A stretch of DNA of 64,000 bases from Octopus vulgaris. Lineage: Eukaryota. The stretch is taken from the NCBI GenBank assembly GCA_951406725.2, contig OX597817.1, forward strand, positions 97,092,001 to 97,156,000. Direction: 5' to 3'. The position numbers and the translations under genes are program-made. A model generated the notes under the pieces. The model worked only from the letters and a program-made list of their open reading frames with translations. It was not told the DNA's origin and searched no databases. Below are positions 1-12,863 of this stretch, in pieces (position 1 is the stretch's first letter; the number at the start of each line of letters is the position of its first letter).

Positions 1-1875
1 CCTCTCTCACTAACCATTCATCTATCCCTAGTTTCCTCATTGACCACCAGATAAGGGATCGGGGAACCCTGTCAAAGGCTTTTTCCATGTCAACGAAAGC
101 CAGGTTCTGAGGTTTATCTTTGGCTAGGTATTTCTCCTTCAGCTGTTTTACCAGAAATATAGCAACAGTGGTGCTTTTCTCTGGCACAAGCCTAGACTGC
201 ATCTCATCTATACTGACTCTTTCCCTAATTAGTTGGATTATGACCCTCTCTGTGACCTTCATTACCTGATCCAACAACTTGATACTTCTGTAATTATTTG
301 TATCTAAAGCATCACCCTTACCTTTGTAACAGTTGACTATGGTGCTGCTACACCAGTCATTGGGTATGACTCCTTCATGTATCACCTGGTTGACTATACG
401 GGTGACTAGGCTGAAGCCGACAACGCCAGATATTTTGAGTATCTCTGCGGTGATTCCTGATGGGTTGGGGGCTTTCCCTGTCTTCATACCCTTAATTGCT
501 TTATCTACCAAGGTACTGTCAACTCGGATAGCTGGTCCATCTCTTCATTTAGCAACCTTTCATAGTGGCGTCTCCAAACCTCACTCTTTGCAGCCTCGTT
601 TAATGCAAGTGACCCATCATCCATGCAGACACATTTCTCTCCTACAACATCATGATTCTCTTGCGCACACTGTCTTGCAACACGAAATACTTGAAGTCTT
701 TGGTCCTCAACATGCAGAACATTGGCAAATCTTTTCTTATCTGCTTCCCCTCTGGCTAAATAAACCTGTCTCCTAGCTTCCCTTCTGGCAGTCTGATACA
801 ATTCCCTGCTACCATTCTTCCAGTCCTTCCAAGTCTGTTTCTTTTCCCTAATGGTCCTGTCAACAACATTGTTCCACCAACACGTTACCATCGGTCGAGA
901 GGGGACTTTACACCATGCACAGATCTGGTCTGTGGCCCTCAACATGTTGTCCCGTTGAAACCTCTAGTTGTTTTCCTCATCATGAGATGCTATATCCCCC
1001 ATTATTTTGTCAAAAGCTTTGAGTAATACATCTCTAAATCTTGTCCATTTGCAAGATCTTTAAACTTCCAGACCTTTCTCCTCCATGCTGGTCGTCTTCT
1101 GGGCATCCATTTAGCTCTGATCCTGAAGTCACTAACTACTAGTCTATGTTGTGGGGTACATTTTTTGCCTGGGAAGGTTTTGGCATTTATAAGCAGCCAT
1201 CTTTCCCTTTTCCTGGCAAGGATATAATCAATTTGGTTAGTGTGTCTACCAGATTGGTAGGTGACTAGGTGACTGGCAGGTTTCCTGAAGTTAGTATTGC
1301 AAACCATAAAATCATTTGCATCACAGAAATCCAGCAGCCTGGTTCCCTCATTGCAGGAACCAAAACCCTAGCCTCCATGTATGCCATGGAAGCTCCCTGC
1401 ATGTTGTCCAACATGTCCATTGAAGTCACCAGCCACAAAGAGAAGGTCTCTGTTATTTGTCAACGAGGTAGTCAGCAAGAGGATGTCATAAAAGCAGTCT
1501 TTCTGTCCACCAGGTAGCCCCGGCTGAGGGGCATAGGCCGAGATAATGGTTGCTAACCCATGATGTAGCACTAATCTAATCTTAAGTATTCTATCGCATA
1601 CTCTGACTTATACATACATTTACAATTACCTTATCAATCTATTTCTCTTGGCAAGAAGTATACCCATGCCCGACCCCATCAGTGTTCCCTGCTCAGAAAA
1701 TCTTGTACCTATGTTCTTTGCTTGTGAGGAACTTAGTGGAGCCTGCTCTTCACCTTACTTCTTGGATACAACACAGATCTATATGTCTCCATTCAAGCAT
1801 CTCGACAATCTCGCCAGACTTACCTCTCAGTGTGCCCACATTGAGCGTGCCAACCCTGAGGGTGTGGGCCCATGA
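1..1875 (-). mobile_element. RTE-clade LINE, degenerate APE + N-terminal RT part (runs off window start)
   Basis: Minus-strand fragments SAYAPQ, FVAGDFNGHVG, TNQIDYIL, PQHRLVVSDF and WWNNVVD are collinear with the + copy at 35138-36800. It has stops and frameshifts. Confidence 0.92.
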
Positions 1876-2409
1876 GACCCTGGTAGAATTCATATATAAA
1901 ACAAATAGTCTTCAACCTGCATACACTACACCATCATTTTTATGCACTACATAGGAGATAAACCCTAAGTAGGGGTCGGGATGGCGATAAGCCTTTAGAA
2001 GTGTTCATAGGAGACAACCAAAAGATGTCAATGGATAGGAACTTCCAGTACAGGTGGTGGGGTGGGATGGCGGGCCATCTGGAGTTGTGTTCTTTTGGCG
2101 GAATTATTAAAATGAAGTAGCAGAATCCAAGAAAACTAGTTTATATAGGGTGAGGTGGTGGAGGAGGGGGAAGTGTTAGAGAAGCAAGTGGTTATAGAGA
2201 CAGACAGACAGACAGAGAGAGGGACCAGAGTTAGGGTGGTCAAGAATAAAATACGAGGGAGAAATATATTCTTTTGAGATTTTGAGTAACATAATTTAAT
2301 GAAACAGCAAATGCTGATAAAAGTGGAATAGAAGTGAAAAATCTTAGAATTTTCAGTCAGCCAATCCATGACAAAATTAGAGGGAAAGACTTTTTTCCCC
2401 CACCCCAAT

Positions 2410-2950
2410 TTTCTCGCAAATTATTGTTTTTTTTATTTTTTTATTTATTTATTTTTTTTTTGCCAAAAACCCATGTTTTCGGATACAAAGATTCTGGAAA
2501 ATTGCAAAAAATCAGAATTTTGAAATTTTTTGCTCACCTCCCCAACAATTTCTTCATTTTCACTTTCTCCCATAGCCCTAACCCTAACCTCCAAACCCTA
2601 AAACTCTAACCCTAACACCCTAACCCTATAAAAAAAATTTTGGAAATTTGTTTCAGAACTATAATCTCTGTATTTTTCCGCACATTTTGACAAAAAAAAA
2701 ATTTTGTGAAAAAAATAATTTACAAAAATTTTTGGAAATTTTTGTCAGAATCATAATCTCTGTATTTTTCTGCATATTTCGAGAAAAAAAAAATTCTAAA
2801 AAAGGTTAAAAATGAAGAATTTAGGGGGCGGGGTGGGGTAATTTCAAAATGCCGATTTTTTGCCAATTTTTTTGCAGATTTGTATTCTCCATAACCGAAA
2901 ACAGGTTCGTGTAGAAAAAAAATTAAATACAAAAAAATTTTGCGGAGGAA
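2410..2950. mobile_element. Foldback/MITE-like element with imperfect inverted arms and an internal (CCCTAA)n tract
   Basis: About 2460-2560 is the approximate reverse complement of about 2810-2915. CCCTAACCCTAA-like repeats lie at 2576-2628, with a direct repeat at about 2635-2700 and 2725-2795. Confidence 0.65.
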
Positions 2951-3074
2951 ACAAACAAATATGTGCAATGTTTAATTTCTATTTGCGGAAGAAACGAGCC
3001 ACTATGGCAGCCAACCTATACTGTGGAAATAAGTGTGTTTTTCACAATTAATATTATGTTTGATGTTAAACAGC

Positions 3075-4230
3075 TTCCTCGACTGTGGAACTACTGGAGT
3101 CCTGATATAAGGTAATGGCGATCTCAAGTATAATGTTGAAGATGAGGTATTCGAAAATATCTCAGAATTTGCATTTAACTGATTCTGCTAATGTCCCCAG
3201 CAAAAATGACCCAAACTACGATCCCCTGTACAAAGTATGTCCAGTTACTTGTTAGTAATTATAAAACTGTATATCTACCTGGGAAAGATTTCAGTGTAGA
3301 TGAAGCCATGATAGGCTATAAGGGCAGAGTTAATTTCCGGCAGTACATGCCTGCCAAACCTACTAAATGGAGGATCAGGGTATGGGAAGTTTGTGAATCA
3401 GAGACTGGATATTGCGTAAACTTCAATGTTTACATAGGTAAAAAATATAATGAAACAAGACCACATAAATTGGGACATAATGTATGGTCTCTTATTGAAC
3501 CATTTCACCATCAGTTCCAACACCTCTATATTGACCGTTTTTTTCTTCAGTGGCTTTGGCAGAAAATCTTGCCCATGTAAGTACTTAGACGTGCAGTACT
3601 GTTATGGGAAACTATAAAGGTTTACCCTGTGAAATGAAAACAAAATTTTAAAAAAGAGGGGAAATTTTACAAATGTAATAAGAAAATTTATTAGTTATTG
3701 CTTTCAAAGACAAAAGACAGATTTTATTTCTGTCTTCTAATGAACAACCTGGTGTTGGCACTGAGGTGAAACCCTTAATGAATATTTGTTATAACAAATA
3801 TACGGGTGAGGTTGATAAATCCAACCAATATCGGACATATTACCCAGTTGGTCGACCTGGGAAGAAATGGTGGAGGTACATTTTGTGGTTTTTAGTTAAT
3901 TTAACTACAGTAAATTCATATATTCTATATGTAAAAAGCCACAAGGTACCTCCACCACCAATGTACTAAGACCACTTGAAATTTAAGGTTGACATCGCAT
4001 CTCAGTTACATGAGGACTTTTCTTCTAGAAAGCACAGAACTGGGAGAAAAGCAAAATTAACTGAGGTGGATGTCAACAGAGAAAATATCAACTTTCATAA
4101 AGTCGAAAAGATAAATGGAAGGAAAAAATGTTTGCTGCAAAAAGGTATCAGATTGAGATTTTGTATATGTGTTCCTTTTGCAAAATGCCTCTGTGTAAAG
4201 GGTGCTTTGCACAGTTTCATGACAGAAATA
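3075..4230 (+). pseudogene. piggyBac (PGBD4-like) transposase remnant
   Basis: Motifs FSVDEAMIGYKGRVNFRQYMPAKPTKW, LYIDRFF and YNKYTGEVDKSNQ..YPVGRPGKKWWRYI, plus a Cys-rich C-terminus. Broken across several frames. TIRs not identified. Confidence 0.9.
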
Positions 4231-4924
4231 GGTCATAACTATATAATTTTGTATATTCCTTTTCATTTTATTATAAATAATATATGAAAGTGAGAAATAC
4301 ATATTAATTTTCAGTATGTTACACACCTGTATTCACCTCTGTCTCATTTGTTAATGAGATTTTTTTATCAGATTTTTTTATTCATTCACATAATAGATTA
4401 TGTGAATGAATTCGTTAAATTGTATAAGAGTACATAGCCAATGGTATATTGACTAGTAAAAGAGTTTTGTACTTTATTTTCAATGAACACGTTTAAATGA
4501 AATATAGAAAAAGAATAAAATCTTGTACTGATTACACCTGTATTTTAATTAATTCAAATTAATGTACCTCATCTTGAAAAATATAAAATTGTTGGCGGTT
4601 GACATTTAGGATAATTTTAGTAACAAATCAAACGGGTAAGATGTATTAAGAATATGAGTTTTAGTGTTTATTCATAATGTTATTGTTTTTACACCTGTTA
4701 ATGAAATTTACCTGCCCATAAAAGTCAAATTTAGTCAGAAAGATCAGCTAAAATTATGTAACTATAAACCACTGGCATATATGCATCCATTTACAAAGTT
4801 TCAAATCTGTATGTAGAAAATTAACAAAATTACAAGCAAATATGGTGAACACCCCACTTGAACCTGAATAAGTCAAAATTAATGTGAACATATAAGCATT
4901 ATATTTGACAAATTAATCTGAACA

Positions 4925-5828
4925 CTAAAGGGTTAAACTGTCTTTATGTCTCATGAGAAATGACTCAGCCCAATCTACACCAGGCATATTCCCTTTGAAT
5001 CTTCTCATATCGACACCTCGACGATCCAAGTAACCTTTAACAATCAATTGCAAATCATAGGTGTCCATCAGATAGCCCCAAGAGGTGCACAGCATGAGCC
5101 TTTGTAAAACATTTTCCTCCTCACCTGAAGATAAAACAGTCTGTTCACCATGTTTCTTGATATTTTTCTCCAACTTGATGTGCCAATGAAGAACACTCTT
5201 AAGAATTTTGAAGTCCTCTTCTGGTTTTCTGAGTGTCATTCCATTGGCAACGCTTTTGGCGGCTTCTAGCTGCTCAGGATTTATGTTGGCGTATTTTTTC
5301 TTCCTAGGAACTGGTTTGTACTGTCGCGGCATGGTGTCCCTATTCACCCCTACAAAACACCAAAATAGGGGTGAAAGCAGAAATAGGTGGTGGTAAGGAT
5401 AACAATGGATTTTCTGGGAAATCAGACATGTGCAGTGTGTTTGGAAACCTGTTGCAAGAGACTGAGCGGGTTGGAGCACCCTTGCTGGTACAACCTCTCC
5501 TGCAGAAAGAAAGTTCTGACAATTTTGCCTTTTCGTGACAAAAATGAAACTGGGAATTCTGGTTGCCATGGCTACCGGCAGGATGATAATATCAAAGTGA
5601 TCTCATTGAATGAAAGGCATATATATGTACCTACAAAATAACTAGAAAGAAACAAGCACAATTTGAGTCATCTCAAATTTATTGTTCTAAATCTCATTGA
5701 ATGAAAGGCATATATATGTACCTACAAAATAACTAGAAAGAAACAAGCACAATTTTGAGTCATCTCAAATTTATTGTTCAAAAATATTTTTTCTCTGTTA
5801 TTGTCCCTATTCACCCCGGATTACGATA
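4925..5828 (-). mobile_element. pogo/Tigger-like DNA transposon 5' part (HTH-psq + CENP-B-type HTH), truncated before the DDE domain
   Basis: From ATG at 5332: MPRQYKP...LEAAKSVANGMTLRK...TVLSSGEEE...WGY...PGVDWAESFLMRH. The motif TGTCCCTATTCACCCC occurs at 5336 and 5802, the latter as a probable terminus. Confidence 0.75.
5600..5779. repeat. Tandem duplication of about 91 bp (2 copies)
   Basis: ATCTCATTGAATGAAAGGCATATATATGTACCTACAAAATAACTAG...CATCTCAAATTTATTGTTC occurs twice in tandem. Confidence 0.9.
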
Positions 5829-5829
5829 C

Positions 5830-8020
5830 ATCACGAACTTCAAATGTAAACCCAGTCTTTTTTATGGCCTTCCTAAAATTACACAAGAGCAAGATAATCA
5901 ATGAAGCCTGCAAACAATCACCAGGCAAATACATAAATATCCAAATGCCAGAAGACTTACCTTTAAGACCCATTGTAGATGGGTCAGCCTGTGAAACCCA
6001 CCACCTAAGCAATTTTCTAGACATCCTACTGAAACTCTTGCTGAAATACATCAAAAGTTTCATTAGAGATGATTTAGACATGCTAGAACACCTACCAAAA
6101 ACAATTAATGAAGAGGCAATATTGGTTACCCTCGATGTTATCAATCTTTACACCAACACCCCCATGACTATGGAATAAAAGCAATTAAATTCTGGTTGGA
6201 AAAGTACTCCTAGAACACATAAATCAGATATTTATTATTGAATCTTTAAAATTTATACTTCAGAACAATTATTTCCTATTTGATGACATTTACTATCATC
6301 AGAATGCGGAATTGTGATGGGAATGAAAGCAGCCCCTGTACTTGCGGACCTAATAATGGGTTATTTTGAATTCACCTGATATGAAGTATCACTTCAGAAA
6401 TATGGTTACCCATTTTACCTCTACATAAGAGAAAATTGGAAAAGATACCTGGATGACTATTTTATCATTTGGAAGAACATCGACAAACTTTTGGATTTCA
6501 AATCAACACTAAATGATATAAATTGTAACATTCAATTCACAATGGAATATAACAAAGAACAGCTCCCATTTTCAGACATCATGATAAAAAAAATCAACAA
6601 TCAAATCATAACTGACATCTATTATAAACCAACTGATTCAAAACAATATCTCCTCTTTAACTCATGCCACCCGAAACACATCAAAATAAATATCCCTTTC
6701 AATTTGGCAAAAAGGATTTGCACAATAGTGTCTGATAGAACAACTTGGGACCTTTGTCTTCAAGACCTCAAAGCTACACTTACTGAAAGACAATATTCAC
6801 CCTCACTTATCAATGAGGGAATTAAATGTGCCAAACAATTAGACATAAAAACACTAAGAAAAACAAAACATAACATCACACCTCATCTCAAAACATTACT
6901 ATTTATATCAACACACAACCCCAGAAACAGTGAGGCATTCAACACTATTGTGCAAAATCTTCCTTTACTAACTAGAGATCCAAAAATGAACGACATCCTG
7001 AAAACAAACAAACTCATCAAATGCAAAAAGCAAGACAAATCACTAAAGAGACTACTAACAAATGCGAAGCTTTACAAAACAACATGAAACCAACAGTTGA
7101 AAAATGTGGATGCCCAAACTGTAGAACCTGCCCCAACCTACTCGAAGGCTCAGATTTCCTTTTCAAACAAGTTCAGAGGTTCACAATTAAAACTAGTTTC
7201 ACTTGTGCCTCTGAGAACCTAATTTATGTAATAACCTGCTTGGGTTTGGCGACAACTGTATTGGACAGACGAGTCTGACCTTGAGAAAGAGAACTACTCT
7301 ACATAAAGAGCAAATCCATTTCCTGCAATACAGACAAATTCCTTTCAGTGAACATATAGAAAAATGTGCAGATAACATCAAACCAAATTTCACAGTCTTC
7401 CCCTTCTACCAGTACAAAGACACAACCTCTCCACAAGAACGTTTAAATAAAGAAACTTATTTCAATTCACGATTACATCACTGTACTTAAACCCCCTCAC
7501 TAAACAAGTTTTTTGAAACCTTTTTTGTCTGTTCATATAGATTCCCCTTCCCTTACTGAAAGCTGAACAGTTATCTCCCTTGCCCACAACAATAACGATA
7601 ACCAATTACCTCCCCTTATTTTTCTACTTGTGAAGTCATTCACTCATAAATATCATCACACACAACATGGACAAAATATCTTCTTAAGAAAATACATATT
7701 CAAATAAGTAAACCATATTATCATGAATAGTGATAGCGAAACCGGTCGATATATTAAAACTTTGTAAAGTGTGTGTATTTTCCTTTTTTAATTTCTTATA
7801 TATATTACAACTCAGCACGTGGGGATAATCAAAATTCCTCCTTTCTGTTACTACTACTATTTACTACATGTGGAACAGAAAATGCCACCAAAGCCCACTT
7901 CAAACTCATTGGACAAAATTACCAACGAGGACATATTAAAAGAATTGAAAGAAATTAACTCGAATTTTGTTATTCTAGCTAACAAAATAGATGGACTATA
8001 GAAAAATATAACAAAATAGA
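5830..8020 (+). mobile_element. Penelope-like element: RT + GIY-YIG remnant, 3' region and probable start of a tandem partial copy
   Basis: Motifs PLRPIV, LVTLDVINLYTN, WKRYLDDYF, IQFTME..LPF.D, DIYYKPTDSKQYL..SCHP, CxxC linker and FTCASENLIYVITC. A new ORF start MPPKPTS is at 7882. Confidence 0.9.
7714..7753 (+). ncRNA. Degenerate minimal hammerhead ribozyme motif of the PLE
   Basis: TCATGA-N11-GAAACCGGTC. GAAA plus palindromic stem III and GUC are present, but the CUGANGA core is mutated. Confidence 0.45.
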
Positions 8021-10900
8021 GAAATATACTGAAACACTGCTTTCAAGCTACGTGATGAATGCAGCATACAAACGTGTCTTAGACCTAAAACATGTTTTGA
8101 CAGAGTTTGTCACGTTTTTGTAATGCTTTATCCAATTCTTTACTCATATTCATTCGCATTCAGATCATCAGAGTACGAATACGCCTGATATTCGTCTTCC
8201 GCTAGTCAACACATTCAGTAAGGGGGCATCAAAAATAAATTATCATGGAGGACCATTTCTCACCTGGCGACCTTCATATTTCCCCGATCTCATCACCTTT
8301 CAAACTGATCCCCACATAATCCCACCTGATTCAGCATTGAATATTGCTGGGTCCCAGTCGGAAACTGTAGATGTGCTCTCAGCCAGTCAGCCTCCTGTTG
8401 TAAGTGATCTCTCATTACACTGTTGTTATCCACAGCAGAAAGTCTAAAGAGAGCGCTGAAAGTGGACTGCTACTTCTGCTCTCAGAAATGGTGATCCATC
8501 TAAAATGCCGCATTAAAACGCTCAAGTAAAAAAAGATTCTGTACATCCATTTATTACGACATCATCCAAAAGCTACCCGAAACATTTTCTCATTTGCATG
8601 GATACCACAGTGGATGTTCAGTTTCTAGAAACGACTCCTAGTCCATTATCAAGAAAACGCAAAATACCAACAGTGCTGCCCACATCTTCTGCTGGCATTT
8701 ACTCAAGTCTGCGTATTCTGTGATTTGAAGCACAAGTCAAAAGGCAGGAGTGGAGGAGAGAGTCTGACTACTTGTCAAACTTTCGATGCACAAGAGTCAA
8801 TTAAATGGGCAGCCACGACAATAGCAGCAAAAAACAATGATGACACTGTGCTCAAAAAAAATCGCTGGAATAGATATGATCGCTAAAGAAGTAAAGTACC
8901 ATCAAAGCTGTAAGAATATTTTCTCCAAACGCACGCGGGCATTGAAGGAAAAGGATGACAAAACGAGTGAACCAAAAGGACAAGCGATGGAATTACTTTC
9001 TGACTACATAAGGAAATACGTACTAAATCAGAAACAACTGGAATTGCTGACATCCCTTTACACATGACATGTCGAATATTGCCAGGATGCCGTTTTCAAC
9101 AGGTCAGTATTTGAGTAAATGGATTGTGTGAAAATTTTAAGACAATATCAAAGTATAATCGCCCAAGGTGTGGTAGTCTATTCTGCTGCAGTCCAAGATG
9201 ACGCAGTAAGAACAGAGTTTGATTTCACTTCCTCCCCTGAGGAAGTGCTGTTGCTTTGGAAGGAATTGAAGAGTGTGAAAAAGTGAAACCTGAACTATCC
9301 ACTGACCACGTTGCATGGAGAGGGGGACCCTATTGACTTGGTGAAGACTTTCTACCGGAATTTTTATGGTGGTTTTGGCAAGTAAACCCCCAGGACAATT
9401 CGTTGTGCTGATGCTGCTAGTCAGGATGCCTTGTTTGTCATTACTCATGGAGCAATCAAACCCTGCAAACACATCACAATGGGTATGGGTCTGAAATCTA
9501 TGACAGGCAGCAGAAAGGTGGTCACCCTCTTGAACTGTTATGGCTACAGCATCAATTATCATTTCGCAGAGGAATTAGAGACTGAGTTGGCCTTTGACCA
9601 CATCATCCCCGAGGGTGTACAACCAAACCGAGTAATGGGGAATGCCTACGATAATTATGACAAACTCACCTACACGATACGATGGGCATCCTTTACGAAA
9701 ATGGAGATGAAACAGATTGAGGATGGCGTGATGCATCAGAACGGATAGTCCTGACTCCTTGGGAGAAACCACAGAAAAAGAGCAAGTTGGATACAGACGA
9801 GACTGCATTCCTGCTTTACAGGAAGACACCAAGAGTGAAATCGTTTTGTTACAGTAAGACAAACATGTGGGACAGGTCCATTGTGACACTGCTGAAAGCT
9901 CGCAAGGCAGATTACATGTTCATGATGAGCCACCAATGTGGAGTGCATTCAATGCCAGGTATCACATGGATACAATTCCAAGACAGAAGATCTACATGCT
10001 TAACATCAGTCATTCCTTAACCAGTTTGGATGTTGTGGCTGAAACTCTACGGCTGACACAGAATTGCACTCTGGAATGCAACCAACTGTATGGTCTCGTG
10101 ACATACAACCTCGCAATAGTGAAAGCTGCCATCAGAATCCAAGACACCGAAAGTCTGACCTTCGACAACGTATTCATAATTTTCGGCCAATTACATCTCC
10201 AGATGTGCAGTTTCAAGGCGATTGGCAAACTATTGGCTGAGTCAGGTTGCCCAAGAATCCTTACAAAGTGCGACAACGTACTTGCTCCTGGATCGTTGAA
10301 GGGATTCTAGTCTGGCATTCATTTCAACAGATGTAAGTGGCTGCATCCAATCATGGCTCTTGCATTCGAGTGTCTTCACTTCAAAGCATTCTTTCAAAGT
10401 TATGAAATTGACGACATCAAAGTCCAGCTTGCGGTGGAAGAGGCACTCAGTACCCCAACTTGTCCTGTTACTTCCAATCTATTGGAGAAAGTCATCTATG
10501 ATTGCATAAAATTTTCGGAAGAGACAAAGGATGAAGCTTGAGGACCTATGGCTCAATTCTGGATGGATTACATTGAAAGAATGCACGATTATCATGTACT
10601 CTTTCATGCCATCAGAACAAACAATGTCGACTTGTTCATAGACGCTCTCACTCTGATCATCTCTCTGCTGTTCGCAACCGATCGACAGAACTATGCTAGG
10701 TATATGACGAGACACACCTTGGATTAAGAGGCTTGCTTGATCGTGGTAGGTTCACCATTTGTAGAACCAGTAATTCATTCTCAAGGTGTCTTATTGATCT
10801 AACACTGGAACAGACAATCAATGCTGATGCTGCTTCTTGGCTCATGGGGTTGTCAGCTATGACGAACAACTATACAACTATGATTATATTCAGTTTGATG
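8021..10900 (+). mobile_element. Large DNA-transposon transposase remnant, probably Academ superfamily
   Basis: Motifs AKEVKYHQSC, KHITMGMGLKSMTGSRKVVTLLN..GYSINY, TYNLAIVKAAIRIQ, FGQLHLQM..AIGK, HFNRCKWLHP, NYARYM and DLTLEQTINADA. The superfamily call is from motif memory. Confidence 0.6.
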
Positions 10901-10924
10901 AGCTGAATATTTTTGTGGAAGAAT

Positions 10925-12269
10925 TTACACTGGAGCAGAAAGTCTAATTAAGACCTAATTAATGATCTAATTAAAGATTTCTTATTGTCTTCCAATACTT
11001 GGGATGTTTCTTAATTTCTTCCTTCCATGTCAGCTGGGTCAACTGGGTTTAAGACATGTTTCTATGTTGCATTCATCACGTTGCATTCAAATTGCAGAAT
11101 ACGCAGACCTGAGAGTAAATGCCGGCAGATGTGGGCACCACTGTTGGTATTTTACGTTTTCTTGGTAATGGACTAGGAGTTGTTTCTAGAGGCTGAACAT
11201 CATCTGTGATAGTTGTGAAATCTTTATAACAACCACTGTGGTATTTGTGCAAATGAGAAAATGTTTCTGGTAGCTTTTGGAGGATGTCGTAATAAATGGA
11301 TGTACAGAATCTTTCTTTACTTGAGCATTTTGGATGGATCACCATTTCTGAGAGCAGAAGTAGCAGTCCACTTTCAGCGCTCTCTTTAGACTTTCTGCTG
11401 TGGATAACACAGTGTAATGAGCGATCACTTACAATGGGAGGCTGACTGGCTGAGAGTACATCTGCAGTTTCCGACTGGGACCCAGCAATATTCAATGCTG
11501 AATCAGGTGGGATTATGTAGGGATCAGTTTGAGAGGTGATGAGATTGGGGGAAGGTTGCCCCAGATCACCAGGTGAGAAATGGTCCTCTATGATAATTTA
11601 TTTTTGATACCCCCTTACTGAATGTGTTGACTAGCGGAGGATGAATATCAGGCGTATTCGTACTCTGACGATCTGAATGCGAATGAATATGAGTAAAGAA
11701 TTGGATAAAGCATTACAAAAACGTGACAAACTCTGTCAAAACATGTTTTAGGTCTAAGACACGTTTGTATGTTGCATTCATCACGTAGCTTGAAAACAGT
11801 GTTTCTGTATATTCCTCCTTAATTAGTGTGTAGTGATTAGTAGAAAATGCTTCTTAAATTAGAAATCCATACCTAAAATGGTTCTTAAGTGACATGAATA
11901 GATTCAGTTGGGTTTAGTGAACAATTCTGCAAAGTAATTGATGCTGGCGCAGAAAGTCTAATTAATTCCTAATTAAGTGTCTAATTAAAACTTCTTAATT
12001 TGTCTTTCCATACCCGTTTTTTTTCTTAAGTTTTCATTTAAGTATCACTTGTGTCTAAAGAGTAATATTCAATTTGATTCATTTCTGGAGCTTAAAGTCT
12101 AATTAAATTAGTTATTTACGCAAGTTGATTATCTCATAATTAATTAATCCATACCTAAGCATACTTAAGAATCACATTTCATGGTATTAGGACCATTTGT
12201 ACACATATTGTGCCAAACCAGTATTTTGGAGCTTCAAGTCTAATCAAATCAGAACTGGCTCCTCTATTA
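10925..12269 (-). mobile_element. Inverted copy of the 5' part of the same element plus its subterminal repeats and probable terminus
   Basis: 11086-11815 is the reverse complement of 8021-8727. The repeat AAGTCTAAT occurs at about 10940, 11953, 12096 and 12236. The segment ends in CCTCTATTA. Confidence 0.75.
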
Positions 12270-12284
12270 TAATGGTGTCTGTTA

Positions 12285-12542
12285 TGTCATCCATATTCAT
12301 CAAACATTGCACCAAGTGACTATCATTTTGCAAGGAAAAAACTTCAAATCTGAAAATGCAAAAACAGCCTTTCATGATTTCATCACCTCTTGTTCTCCAG
12401 AATTCTTCATTGCTGGCATAAATAAGCTACCGATAAAATGGCAAAATTGTGTTGATAATTTGATTAACTACATTGCTTTTTGTTGATATATAGTATAATA
12501 AACTTTCATTTCAAAATCTGACATTCATTCTTAATGACCTGA
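12285..12542 (+). mobile_element. mariner transposase C-terminal remnant with probable right end
   Basis: PYSSNIAPSDYH resembles YSPDLAPxD. It is followed by LQGKNFKSE..KTAFHDFI..SPEFFIAGINKLPIKWQNCVD. Confidence 0.8.
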
Positions 12543-12863
12543 TATAAATATATTTTGAAGAATTGGAAAATTCCACCTCTTCCTAACTAACTTGATATTT
12601 TTCCAGCCTTATCATTTAAGGTCTAAAGAGGATAGCTCTTTTACCTTTTTACTTTTTATTGTAAATTTAGTTTTTGTGTTTTCGTCTTCCGTTTTCTATT
12701 TGCTACCTTCTTAGTTTTTCAGGTTTCTTCTATTATTCAATTTGTTTTAGCTCGCTATATGTAGTTTGTATCTGAAGAAAATGTTTGAGGATTTCTCAAC
12801 ATATGAACCTTTTAGTAGTGCTTAAATACATGTATTGTGCCCGTTAAGTAAATAATATATACA

